From the NCBI GenBank assembly GCA_053919585.1, contig CM132801.1: a stretch of DNA of 64,000 nucleotides; one strand, written 5' to 3'. The notes beneath the pieces were generated by a model. The model worked only from the letters and a program-made list of their open reading frames with translations, had not been told where the DNA came from and ran no database searches. Shown here in pieces: positions 1 through 13,600 of the stretch. How positions within the stretch are numbered: the first letter of the stretch is position 1; each line of letters opens with the position of its first letter. This stretch comes from Euprymna scolopes (Eukaryota). The translations under genes were made by a program, and so were the position numbers.

Positions 1-1293
1 ATGCCAGGCACCTTAAATCAACAGTAGGTTCTTTGATATGACAGGGGTGCGTTAGAAATGAATGTTTCTGTTTAGAGCACAATTGAAGCATGATACTTGA
101 CCTTTTCAGTTTAAACTTAAATGTAAGCCATTATATATAAAATAATATTATAAAATCAACAGTAGGTTCTGTACAATGCAAAGTAGACTAAAATGTATTG
201 TGAACAAAGTCGCTGTAAGAGACATGTGAAGCTTCTTCCAGATGTACCGCAATAGGTCTTCAATTAACACAATCAATTAATTTGATTTAAAAATAGGCGA
301 TTTCACCAATTTTGATGACAATAAAAATATGCAAGTGTGAAACATGCGCCGATCATCATTCAATCCTGGGCAACATTGGGTTTCTCTGCTAGTAAAATAA
401 ATATAAAAAATTATGATTGTGAATTGACTTTTTGTGGTAACTGAAATGTAAGTTTTGAGTGTGAGGGCAATTATTTTCCTGTCTAGGTCAAATTGACCTC
501 AACTGATTTATATTTATCTGTTCTAAAAATAGATTTATAACAATAATTCTCTATCTGCCCCCTTTCTAACTCCTTTTCTCTCAACTGTCTATCTTTCTTT
601 CTCCCCTCTTTTTTCGTCTTCATACTATTCTTTCTTCCTTTTCTCTGTTCTTCTCTCTTTTTCATTTTTCCTCTCTTTTTCTTACTATCCCCTTTTTCAA
701 GTTCAATTTTTTATTGCTATTTTTATAATCTTCACTACAATACGTCCATTTGCCTTATCCGTTACTTAAAAAAAAAACAAAAAAAAACGTTTATATAAAA
801 AAATTGGAACTTCACTTCATGATGTGATGATTTTTTTCTAGAAGATTTAATTTACCCTGGATATCTATAATTCTATTTTCCTGTTCCTTATGGATTACCA
901 ATGAACTCATTTTGGATTTATCCTGTACTGGACTTTACCTTCTTATTCATTGGATTTTTACCATATCCTTTTTCTTGCTTTCTTAATCTCTCTGAATCCC
1001 TGTAAACTGTCCCTAATTGTTTAATAACTTCTTTTATGCAAGTATGATTGATTTCATATTTGTAGTTTCTTTCAATGCATTAACCCGCAAAATATATTTT
1101 ATATTTTGCAAACCTCTTTCCTCTGATAAGAAGAATTGCATTTTTCGAAATTCAGCAGAATATGGTGTTTCTTGTTTATATTTGTACTCCTTGTCGGATA
1201 ATTAAAATTTTGTATACCTTCCTTACAGGTTTGTAATGTTTTTTTTTTGTTTTTTTTTTTTTTCATTTGAATAAATTTTCAATAAAATTTTTC

Positions 1294-1330
<37 letters not shown>

Positions 1331-1681
1331 CCCTCCAAAACGAGTACACCCTTTTTTTCTACTGATTAAAGGAGTGAAGCTCCTTTTTTATCCAATTAGA
1401 GCAATTCCATTTTTATTTGTTTATTTTTTTACACAAAGCAGTTTTTTAATGCAAAGATGAATCAAAAATAAATTTATGACAAGTTTTAATTTAAAATATT
1501 TGTGTTTAACTCGTATAATGTATTTATATATAAATAAGTTGTATTTTGAAATCCAATGATAACATTTCTGATGCTTTGAAAGTGAATAAAAATTAATTGC
1601 ATTTCATATTTAATGCATTTGTGTATTTACAGTAATTACTCAACACTATACTAATTTTTTTTTTCTTCTTTCCCTCTGTAG

Positions 1682-1803
1682 GATCAATGGATCCATACCA
1701 AAGAGCTCCTCGTTCACCCCGAGGTAAGCGCCCACAGCCACTGGATGGTAGTACTACTGGACCTATCTTCACAGATGAATGCAAATCTCCTACCAGTGAT
1801 CAA
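1682..1803 (+). CDS. STXBP5: Tomosyn exon A (phase 1 in, phase 0 out): (G)SMDPYQRAPRSPRGKRPQPLDGSTTGPIFTDECKSPTSDQ
   Basis: A polypyrimidine tract ending tccctctgtag precedes 1682, with a CAA|gtaatt donor at 1803/1804. The peptide resembles vertebrate tomosyn GSNDPYRREPRSPRK...DRCKSPTS (recalled from family knowledge). Confidence 0.88.
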
Positions 1804-2324
1804 GTAATTTTTTTAATTTTTTTTTTTTTCTAAATTCCAACTTCGTCTTTTATTTGGAAATTTTAATTCTGATTCATTCTTGCTGCTTTTTTTTTTTTTT
1901 TTTTGGCTTAACTTAATTAAAAATTCTCAAATTTACGATCAAAGTTTGCTCTTACCTCCTTTTCAAATTTAAAAGTATTGTTGTTTGATTAGGGAATTTA
2001 AGTATAGTTTTTAATTTAATGCTTTCATGTATATATACAATGAAGTCCAGATTAACTTTTGAAATCTTTCTGAACGATTTACCTATTTTGTACTGTTTTT
2101 ATTTTTATTTTCTCCAAATTTTAATCATTTTTGTGTAAAAATAGATTTTAAAAAAAACATAATTGTAATAATTTAGAATATTTGTTTTTTTTTTTTTGTT
2201 ATTTATAAAATATATTTCTATGCTTTGTTTAAAATTATTTTGAAGTAGATATTAAGACAGCAAATTATTTATAGAGTTCTGTATATTTATGTATGCTTAC
2301 CCATTCTGGTTCTCCTTACTTCAG

Positions 2325-2336
2325 AATGGATTCAAA
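2325..2336 (+). CDS. STXBP5: Candidate 12-nt in-frame microexon (NGFK), phase 0-0
   Basis: Context is tgcttacccattctggttctccttacttcag|AATGGATTCAAA|gtgagg. The phase matches the exon A donor. Confidence 0.4.
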
Positions 2337-2519
2337 GTGAGGGGAAAAAGAAATAAAGTTAATCTATAATATATGATGGAAAACTTTTACTGTCCATATT
2401 TTACTAATGGCTTTTTGGCAAGAGTAGAAAGTGGACCTTGTTTACTTTCAGCATCCTCATAACTCTTGCTATCCTTATTTTTTTTTGTTAGTCCTCACAT
2501 TTCATGAGTGGTGTTTCTG

Positions 2520-3490
2520 ACAAAGTGGGAAGAATTGCTGTTGATCGAGTTCACAACAACAGCAACCTTCATATGCTTTGCAAGAACTCTTACCTAAATC
2601 TTTAATGTTTTGTTTACCAGAATTATGAGTTTATAATCATCTATATCTTTCCCACTATGCTGGTTGTTTTCCTTTAGCAGTGTGATCACTCCCTTGGTAA
2701 TCTGTCCAAAGAAGGATCCCTGAGAAAACCAATGGTAGAATAAATCCTTCAAAATAGGTACAAAAATGGGTGACAACTTTAAGTATAATTAATAGGACAA
2801 ACCATCAAGTCATGGAAGCATTATAAACAACCTGCTTCAGCACAGTAATGATCTTGTCCTCTGTAACCATGCCATCACGGCTATCTGCAGAGTGAATCAG
2901 CTAAATAGCTGTCAAACTCTTGGCTGCGAGTCTGAGTAGTTAGGCGAAGCACTTCTTCAAATGCTCACAGAATTTGTCATTAATTTTATTAGTTGATACA
3001 AGAGCATGTCCTTCCAGGTTCTTGATTTTCTGAATGTATCTGTCCGAACTACAACATATAGCAGCCTTATGCTAAACAGCGTCAGTGTTCATGGCTTCTT
3101 TTGAAACTTTGTTCAACCTAACTTTAACTACTTGACCTTCATATGCCTTGCTAGCCAAGCAATTCAGCATCCCCACCTCCAATGAGTGATATATCTTCTG
3201 AATCCCTCTTCTAATCAACACTTGTGTCTGCCTATCTTCTAAACACTTTTCTGCTATAATTTTATTTAGAGCAAGACACTAGCTGTATTTGACAGAAAAG
3301 CATCTTAGCCTTAGCAGCACTAAACTGTTGCTTGCTTCGATTACCACTCGAGACTATGAATTAATATAACTTTTTCTCCGGAAGTTGAATACTTCAACTT
3401 CCCATATCTGGCTAATCTACCCAAAAGGCCAAGGAAGTACTCTGTTTTCATCTTGGCCCATTCAAAGCAAGGAGCACCCCTACTCCTTAT
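2520..3490 (-). mobile_element. Decayed L1/Tx1-like LINE ORF2 fragment
   Basis: Minus-strand ITKGVITLLKE...GKDIDDYKLIILVNKTLKI resembles the RT motif GxITLxxK...YRPITLLNxDYKI. Many stops. Confidence 0.65.
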
Positions 3491-4435
3491 CTTTTTTTAG
3501 TTTATGAATTTCTATTATGACTCCATTCTTTTTCTAAAAAATATATTTCATAGCATATTAAGTGTGTCTTATGCTGATAACATGCACTCATGAATAGCCT
3601 GTGGACAATTAATGACCTCTTTAAGCATTTGACTACGAATTAGTATAATAGAAGGGTAAAAAATGTTTGTTTAAATATTTTCAAACAACAAACCTTAATT
3701 CTAAAGTTTAATATTATTGGGATCCTTTCAATAATCTTTTGCATAAGAAACAGCTAATAATTAAGTTGCAATTTCCATCATCCACAGGATTGAAAATTCC
3801 TTACATTCATTGTTGTGTATTAAAGACTCCAGTCTGATTCATCACAGATCTCATCAGAAGACGACTTTGCATGTTAAGCAACACACTCAACAACATGACT
3901 GCACGTATAGTTCTTAGGCTTGTAACAGTTTGATGAAAAACATGTAGAGTTAGTATATCTGAAACCATAGGATGAACAACTTTCCACTGAGACAGACCTA
4001 CATGCCCATATACCTAAAGTTACTGCTCTTTCAGATTTCTTCAAAAATCATTCTTGGAGCTTTTACTTAGGTTAAATTTTGATAGCAAATTGAACTTCCT
4101 CTCTAAAAACTAAAATAAATTTGTGGCAGGCTTGAAGGTCAAATTAATTTATATCTTAAAAAAAAAAAAAAAAAATTAATGCTATACATTGAGACTGGCA
4201 TGTATGATGTAATTGTAAAACAATAAACCATTAAAAAAATCCATATTTGAATGATTGAACGTTTTCTGAATTGGTCATTTTTAATCACGGTTTCATATGG
4301 CTTCATAAAAATACAATAAATGAAGAAAATGCAATTATTATTCGTGTCTGTATTTCCAGTATTAAAAAACAAATCCTTTTCAAATAAAATGATTTTTACG
4401 ATTTCTGCATACATAAATTATACAAGTTCTCTTTT

Positions 4436-4995
4436 AATTTTTATTTATTGTGGACGATTATCCTCATCTTTTATTAGTTGTTTCATAACGTTTCGGCCAA
4501 CTATTCCTCTGGCCTTCGTCAGGTGGTAACCGCAACGGATAGGAACTCTGAATCTCCTGACTGCATTCACTGCCTTCCATAGTTGTTGTCGTTTCACCAC
4601 GTCTTTGGCCAAGTAAGCTTCTTGCTGGCTTTGGGTAGGATTGACACCGCTATCTTCAGACAATTATCACCTGGAACCGTAGAGATTTAATGTCTCTATC
4701 AACTGCGCCACGGGCTCCGAAGGTGAGAATTGTCTGAAGATAGCGGTTTCAATCCTACCCAAAGTCGGCAAGAGGCTTACTTGGCCAAAAACGTGGTGAG
4801 ACAACAACTACTGAAGACAGTAATTGCAGTGAATGCAGTCAGGAGACTCAGAGTTCCTATCCGTCGCGGTTACCACCTGACAAAGGCCAGAGAAATAGTT
4901 GGCCAAAACATGAAACAACTAAAAGATGAGGATAATTGTCCGTAATAAAAATAAATAAATAATACTCATCTCAATGAATTCCAATTAAATGATAT
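4436..4995. mobile_element. Penelope-like insertion with ~220-bp inverted arms and hammerhead-like motif
   Basis: Arms ~4440-4668 and ~4725-4955 are reverse complements (hence the twin ORFs 4445- and 4730+). The 12-bp direct repeat AAGTTCTCTTTT flanks it at 4424-4435 and 4996-5007. Confidence 0.75.
4484..4526 (-). ncRNA. Minimal hammerhead ribozyme-like motif
   Basis: The minus strand reads cac-CTGACGA-A-GGCCA-gaggaatagt-TGGCC-GAAAC-GTT-atg. Both catalytic boxes and stem II are intact, and stem I has one mismatch. Confidence 0.55.
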
Positions 4996-7129
4996 AAGTT
5001 CTCTTTTGTTACTTCAAAATTTATCAGTTATTTTTTTTTATCCAAATTTCTTATCGTTTTGGTTCAAATCAAATGTCCATTCTTCAATGAGATTTTTCTT
5101 ATTTAGTCTTTTTTTCTAACCTTAAAATATTTTGATTTATGTTCCATTTTATTTCAGATTTTGTAGATCTAAAAGTTTTGAGAAAAAATTTATTGCTCAT
5201 TTTTTTCTTTATTCTCAATGCTTTGCTTTTTTTTTTTTTACAATTTGGGTTGGGATATTTTATTTAATTATATACTTTCTTGTGTGTTGGCTTACAATAA
5301 TGCATTGTGCCTGTTAATGTATCTATTTGTAGACGAGAGATTTTGTTAAATGAGATATAAGTTTTAATTTTTTACTAAAAACAAACTTTTTATTATTTTA
5401 TTCTTTTTAATAGCTATTCTATTAGACGGTGTAGAATTAATTGCATATGAGGAACATTTTGGTGTCATGATCTTATTAACTGATCAATGATACAATTAAA
5501 TTTTTACACAATTCAATTCATAAAAGTTGTTGGGATGAAAAAGAAAAGACAATCCAATCATGAATTGAATCCAGACAAATGGTATAAAAAAAACTAAACC
5601 GTGAAAACTGAAAATTTAATAAAATATGTATTATTAAACAAACTGCCTCCATAGATTAAATATGGGTTCAAGATGAAATTTTCTAGAGTATTGGTATTGC
5701 GCTATTTAGACAGACACTCTCAATTTACAATGGTTAAAAGCTGGCCAGAAAGACAAAAAGAAAAAACAGTAATATGACTGTAAATAAATGAAATTCAGAG
5801 GAGACTTTTTTTTTTTAATTTAGGAGAGTTCAATCTAGTTGAGCCTGGAACATTTTAAAATTAAATTTAAAGATCAGTAGTTCTCTCAAACTAAGTTAAC
5901 TCTATATGTAAACAGTTGAATCTAGATTTCCAGATCGAATCTTGATGCTTGTATGAGTTGATGGCATTTCTAGATCAAATCTAGAGGTCAGTCTAGTTTA
6001 GTCTCGTCACTTTGTTGTGATATTTGTCTTGTGATGATGACTGAATTTATCTCTGATTTATCAGTGTTATTGTCAAAGAAAATGATTGCCAGTGCATCTG
6101 ATATTAATAACTTTCTTTTTAATCTTAATATTTCTGTAATCAAACTAACTCTCTATTAGAGATACATATTTGAGGGTTATATTTAAATGGTAATGACTAC
6201 CAGAATTGTTCACCGAAGATATGCAATAGGACATTTTTGACACTGAGACGTAGGTTTAATCTCCACTCACCAGTTACCCAGTTTTAATCCTCTAATGGTC
6301 AATAAATGGACATCAATTAAACAGGAAAATTTTGTTAAAGCATGGAAAACAAATGCACCTTACCCTGCCATTAAAAAGGGACCTTTCAGGTTAGTCTTAA
6401 TTGTGGTCAACTAAGTGAAGAATTTGAATGCAAAACATGATTAGTCTAGTATTTTCAAATTGAGAAATTACATTATAAAAATACAAATATTTCAAATATA
6501 GAATTCAACTATAAAAGTTTTTAATTAAAAGTAATTAAAAATTAGGCTGAAATCAGGTCATGTGAAAAATGATTTTGATGTTTGGTAGATGAATAAAATT
6601 CAAAACTTTTGCATTAAAACTCTTTAATTTGTTATAAGAATTGTTTTGTTTTTTTTTATATAGTGAAATCATTATAGATAAATCCCTTTTCATTACTTTC
6701 AAGAAAAACTAAAATAACCTGAACTTTTATTTGATTACAAAGATAATGTTATAAAAATCTTTTTTTGTCTACAATTTTTCTTGCAAATTACAATATGGTC
6801 AAATAAAAACTGGATTTGGATCTTGTCCTTTTCCTTTTTGCTATATATATTTTTTTGTAAATAATAGAATATTTCTTTCTCTTACTTTGTCTAGGAATTT
6901 ACTATAGACATTTTCAATTTAGAAAAATTCCTATTTTCAGTATAATCTGTTTGGTTGCTATAAAAATGTTAGTTTTTGCATTCAAATTTGCCACTCAATG
7001 TTAGAAGGTTCATTTTATGTAACATGTGAAAGTCAAAGGAAATGTGCTGTCCATTACTCTTCACTTTGAAGTCTTCATTTGTAAATCATAAAAAGAAAAT
7101 GTAAGCAAATGTTTTTATATAAGTAAAAC

Positions 7130-7900
7130 TTGACACAGAGAATTAAGCCAGAGCTGTCAACAGAGCTGATGTTGGTTAAAAACATATGCTGCTACGGAGA
7201 TAAGTTGTGAGTGTCTGCAATTAGCTGAAGCAGATATATGCATAGAACATATTTGAAAACATTCTGAAGAGGTAGACATACGACATATAACAGTGCTGGA
7301 CCATCTCTGGTAACAGATGGAATTCAAAGAAATTCAACAAATCGGTATCAATAAAAAAATCTTTTTGAATATTCTTTTTCACAATAAAAACATGTTGCTT
7401 GATCATATTCTTACAAGCAACAAAAAGGTCTTTTTTATAATAATTAGCAATAATGAGCTCAGTGTCAATATTAAATTGAAGTGAAAAAACATAAAAAGCG
7501 CCAAAAGAAAGCAACGTTTGTTTGGTCGTATACAGATGGATTAAACCATAACAACTTTGTAAGTTTCACTGAAATTTGCAACACGATGCACCTGAAACGG
7601 CGCTGTTTGTGTCTGGCATTAGTCAACAAAATCATATTGCACAATAGTGCTTGACTTTTCCATATCACTTTACATATAACGTAACAGATTGGCCAATGAA
7701 CTTCTGCCTCGCTCATTATATTCACATGATGTTGTTCCCACTAACTACCACTTCTGGCCAGAGATAATCTTCACAAATATGAACACAGCTGAAAATATCC
7801 TTTTGAAAGTTTGTCTAGTGCTAGACATCAGAAATTTATGGAGTTGTAGAACAGCAGCAACAAAGAAAAATACTGCAGAAAAAGAAAAACAAAACTGGTC
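7130..7900 (+). mobile_element. Decayed mariner transposase remnant
   Basis: ELLPRSLYSHDVVPTNYHFW matches the mariner motif EVLPHPPYSPDLAPSDYHLF. It ends at a TA tract; the 5' boundary is approximate. Confidence 0.6.
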
Positions 7901-8964
7901 CACTTTTAAAGTATATATATATATATATATATATATATAATGTATATATCATTCAAACATTACCATGTTTGAATATAAGTGGCAGTTTTAGTCATTTAGA
8001 ACTGCTTTAAAGCTTCACCGCTCACTCATTTTTTGAACACCTTCTCAACTATATTGTGAAAAAAATATTTTCATTCAGTAAAATAAGTTATGATTAATTT
8101 ACTGGTGTTCAAAATCATAAAAATATGTAAGGAGGTGAGCGACACATTTTATGACTGGTTTCCATAGCAACCACATCGCTTCACCGACTACTGTTGCTAC
8201 TAATTTGAAAAGAGAAATAACAAGTGAGAATGAAAGCATGAAAGGGAGATAATTGGGGTGATTTTATTGAAAGCAGACGAGTGCCGTACATTGTTATTAC
8301 ATATGTGTTTATGGGGGCAAAAAAATAATGAAATTAAAAAAGAACAAGTGAATTTATTGGAATCCTGGAAAAAATCATGGATTACAATAGAAAAATGTGA
8401 GCATGAAAAGTAATATGGTTAAGCTTAAACATGGAAAAGTAAAGGACTAATTGTTAAAATTGAAAAAGAAAGACAAGATATTCTAGAAAAGATATAAATT
8501 TATAATTTAAAATTTTGCAGCATTAGGAAATATTTTAAAAATGCAATTTATAACATTATATAATCAATTCTATATATATATATCAATTCTATATATATAC
8601 ACATCTGTCTACCTGGTTTAGTATAGGTGGAGAATGGTTAATAGGTTTCTCTCGGGTGTTAGCCAAATAAGATGGTGAATGAGTTGATCATGTTGAATGG
8701 TGTACATTGCAGGCATCCAACCTTATGCAACATGAATACATAAACTAGTTTTCTTATTATTTCTCACAGCTTCTACAGACATTTACTAGTGGACTTAGTA
8801 TCCCAATAATCTCTACATTCTTGTATCTTCATTCAAGGGAAGTAACTCATCTGTCATTAGCAATCAATCTCTTTTATCAATTATGTAGCGAATTCTTTGC
8901 AATCTTTTATTATAATAAATAGCTCAAACAAAATTTTAAATGAATAAATATACGTTTCTGAATT

Positions 8965-9440
8965 TTTGAGATGAGGATTGATTATTTGGATTATTAAAAT
9001 TGTTGTTCTCATCTTAAGTGTTATTTTCACAACATTTCAATCAATGTAAGGACCCGTAGTGGATAAAGTACTTGGGAAAATTCAGTTGTAAGTTAAATGC
9101 TTTTGGAGCTCAATGGTTCAATCCTTAGTGCGGGTACACTCAAAAATACAATTGCAGATTACTTACGATTTCTACCCAGTCATGGCTGACAGAACGAGAG
9201 CATGCTACCTCCGTGGATTAAATAAAGAGCTCTGTTCAGAATTCTGTACAGATTCCTGAGTTCAGCAGAAAGATTCCTGAGATCGACAGAAAGATTCTAG
9301 GGTCTGACAAGATACACTTAAAGAAGGTCGGAGGTTACATCAACCAAAATGCTGTGAAAATAACACTCAAGATGAGAACAGTAGTTTGATGAAGAATCCA
9401 AATAATATGGATGAACATAGTTCCTCAATCAGTCCTGAGA
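8965..9440. mobile_element. Older copy of the Penelope-like inverted-arm family
   Basis: ttctcatcttaagtgttattttcac at ~9005-9030 is inverted against gtgaaaataacactcaagatgagaac at ~9354-9380. A degenerate hammerhead-like core lies at ~9315-9355. Confidence 0.5.
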
Positions 9441-10619
9441 AAGTTGTACTTGATGACCCTTAATAAGTGCATCTGCCAATTGTTGGTTACTTTTGTTACT
9501 AAGTCACTTAATTTCTGGGGGGTTTTTTTTATCAATAAAGTTGGTTTTCTGCTGATTTATAAACATTGGAAGTTTGAAGTCAACAAATATTGTTTTATCG
9601 ACGTCAGGTTTTCTTGATAACTTTATCCTACTTTTTAAAAATAAATTTAAATAGCTTCCTTTTTACATTATTTTATTAAGCAGTCTACTAATGCTAGTTT
9701 ATTTTAACTTAGTACAATTTTTGACAGGCACATGCATAAAACTGTAGCCAACCATAATTAATTTTGTCTGGGGTGGGGGCGTTAGGGCTGAGAGGGATGA
9801 ATGCATGATGACTTGCTGTATATATATTTTTTTTTAATTTTTTAAGTTACCTTTGTTTCTTAAATTGCTATCACTTTTGCTATTATTTTATTTTCATTTA
9901 GTAACTTGCTTAGCTCCTTTCAAAACTGACATAAGCAATATTAATGGCAACACGCTTCTGGACAAACTATAAAAAGATGTGCTTACCAAAGGTGAACGGC
10001 TTTCTTTGTACAGACTGAGTTTTGGCTAAAGCACATTTCTGTGAGAGAGAGCAAGAGAGAAAGCCAAAGAAATTAAATGTCATTTTTTATTTATTTTTCT
10101 TCCCATCCTTATTTCTATTAAATTATAAACTATTTGAAAAATATAAACACTAATTGCTGATTACTGTGTGTTAATCTTTTTTTTAAAAAAAAAAAAAAGA
10201 AAGAAAAAGTTTGCCACATACTGAATGTGGTTTAGTGTAATTGTGATTGTTCACACTTGGTTACACTTTAATTCTTTCACATATCACTGTATTGGTTAAT
10301 ATTAATCTTAAGGGACCCCCCCCCCTAAAAAAATGCTGTTCAACATTTGCAAACCATTTTATTGTATAAAACTATTATATTAATGTCTTTTAGGAAAAAT
10401 ATGTAATATTATTTAATATAAAAAACATTATTACTGTTTAACTGACCATGAGAGGCCATTTTTAAATATGACTGCATTTTGTTTATATGATTTATTTTCT
10501 ACAAAAAATATGCAAATGCAGCAGTAACCATGTAAATATGATGTTGCCATTTTGAAAAATGGTCCCTTATTCAAACAATGATAATGTTTTTTGAATTTTT
10601 TGTTTTTTCATTAAATAAT

Positions 10620-13600
10620 TGTAGTTATTTTTTATTTTATTTTATTTTTTTGTGTGTGTTTTTGTTCACCTGTGTTGCACGTCTCTTCACCTATTTCTGG
10701 TCACCTCTAACACATGTCTCTCACTTCAACTTCTCATCTGGATACTTCTCCACTGTTGGTAATTTCAATTTTCATTTTCAACCCACCTCATCTCCCCCTT
10801 CATGAACATTTCCTTTATTATATACGCTCTCAGAATTAACAAAAACTTTGTGTGCATCCTGGAACATGGTCTCATAATCATGCTGAACCCAAGATTAATT
10901 TTTTTTATACATTCTTAATTTGAAAGCAACTATGTTTGTCTTTCAAGAATATTTGCATGTGAGATATGTACACACTTGTTTTAGTTCAAGGTGTGTATAT
11001 ACGTATATATTGGCACTATTGTTTGTTTATGTAAATAAAACTATTCGGAGATACAAGAGATTAATTAACTTACTGACAAAATAATGCATCAACGAAGGAC
11101 AATTTTTCTTTTTTATAGGTATAAAGAAACTTCAAAGATATATAATTTCCATTATATTTCTTCCAGATAACTCTCTGATTTTTTAAAATCATGTACTTAC
11201 CATTGTAATGCGACCAATCAGGCAAGAGTCACTGTCTTTGTCATAGTATTTATTAAGGTTGGGTTTCATTCAACTGTTGCTGCTCGGAACAGATATCATT
11301 CTTTGAAGAGCCCCAAATCAATCTATGTCCAAAAACATATCAAGAGACACTATACACCCATACTTTGTTGGATTATTACAGCCGAGTAATTACTGTTAAT
11401 TTTGCTGTATAATGGGTGCTAGGTGACTTAAACCAAACGTCCTTTCTATCTTATATGTATTGCAATAAGTCAGTTTGCTTGGTGCTTGGCACAACTTTTG
11501 GGTGTTTCTATTTGTAATTGAAAATTAATCTTTGTGATACATTTTTTCCGACTTGTCTAGTTTTTGAAAACACTGTTTTGACGGGCAATATATTTCCTCT
11601 TTCAACAATGGCTTTTATGGTCCAATGATTTTGTTCCATGATCCTATTTTCCACTGAGCCTGTAAGCCATCCTGCAGTATCACCAAATGTTCCATTTGTC
11701 CGTTTCCCAAAGGACATCTAAACAGCTCTTTCACAATGATAACTGCCACTTCCTCTTGAATTTATGTTGGAATAGTAAATCGTCCTGACTAGAGTCAACC
11801 ATGGATGGATACTCCCTACCTTTATTGTGTGCCACATCAATAGCCAGTTTCGTCCAATCAGTGTCCACTTTAACTTCTCCCTTCTGCTTGGTGTGGGCTC
11901 AATTTTCTACTCACATGAATCAGCCAGTGTATTGTATTCCTATCAGAAGGCACAATTTACCATTTTCTTCAGAATTCTCAAACTTTATAAAATAATCAAT
12001 TTCACATCTCTTTTCATATGGACGTTTTTTTTTGCTTGGTGTTATAGAATTTTCTTACTATAAACAGTAGCTCAATTAAAATTTGAATCTCTTTTCGCCC
12101 CTATTTCAGTATAAGTTACCCTTAATTTTAACGTTCAACTCTCATTGGTATGACTATAATTGCTCTTGTACGTGCCACATTTTCAACCAACATTCTCTGT
12201 ATAGAGCATGTTTAACTCAAAGAAGGGCATCATATGGCCTGATGCAAGTAATATGCATATGATGGCCTTCTTTGAGTTTAAATGTCATTTCCCTCAAACA
12301 GGTTTTGTACTTCCCCACGTCACGATGACTTTCTCTTCATCCACCTGGTCTTCTCAACGAGTTCCTTCCACTCTTCTCTTTATGTAACTACATAGGCCAA
12401 CTAGCAATTACCACAGAGAACAGCTCACATCAGATCATTTCATCACACACTTCATATCACCTACATAGTTTTGACAATTGCTTTAGAACAATATTCAATC
12501 CAAACCCCAACTGAGTCGGGCAGTAGGTCTGTGTCTCACCAACTATTACCACTGCAACTATATTGCAACACGTATCTAAAACTATGTAGATTTTAAATCC
12601 ACAATTTGTCACCATATCTTCATTTTCAATTCATACGTCAACTGCGTCCCCATTAGAGCAACACATGATATATATGTTCAGCCGATTTAGCCAGATCTTG
12701 TGCTCTCTAGGCTGATCTACTGCCAATAATAGTAACATTTCCATCCTTATGTCTTCGCTCCATAAAGGAAGGATTCTCTTCTCAATCAAACTTTCAATTT
12801 CTCTACTGAACTCTTCTCTATCTTAAGGGAAGTCCATTAATGGTCAACTTTGTCCTTTAGCTGTGGAAACCTTGTAACCTAGTGTCACTACACAGTCCAT
12901 TTTTCCCCATCCAAACTTACACAGAAATTCTTGTCCTTAACTTTGCACAAATGCACCCGATTATGAGTATGCAATCAACACGGTCATTTTAATGGATGGT
13001 GACTTCAAGCTAACAATAGCCATACTATCACTCATCGATACTATCAACAATTTCATCCACCATAATGGTTTATATGCTCAGCAACCATGCTCTGTATCAA
13101 ACTGCTTTTTTACGTCTCATTTCCATCAATTACTTTTCTACTGATCATGTCCCTGCAATGATCTAAAAAATCTGAATAGATTAACCTCGTAGTACATCCA
13201 GTTTTGACAAGAGCTTTAGTTTTATTTACTTCAACCTATGATGCCCCATTACTGGCTTGAATGGTCATATCTCAGCACAATGGTTTCCTCTTTTCCATTT
13301 CTCTGTAGGTAATATCTCACAAAATGCCCTGGAGTGCTGTATCTATAACAAATTGCTTTGGTAGCTCCTTACAGTTGAAACATTGGATGTCAAAGTCCTT
13401 AACCATTTGGAGTCGCCTCCTCAGCCCACTCTGATTTTGTGCTAGATTTCTGTTTTTGAAACCACTATTTCCTGAGTTCTCTTAAATGCCAGGACTCTGC
13501 TAGTGAAGATATAATTACTGATTTCCAGTGTTTCTAGGCAATTACTGCTTGATCACTTTATTTAGTTGAATAAAAAAAATTACAAAATCATTTTACATGG

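Noticed and set aside
1210-1234. ccttccttacag|gtttgt as an upstream exon end or recursive site
   Set aside because: The preceding sequence does not encode the expected tomosyn residues, and the regenerated donor is weak.
4445-4945. Twin near-identical ORFs as a divergent gene pair
   Set aside because: They are the two arms of an inverted repeat, start at non-ATG codons and show no domain.
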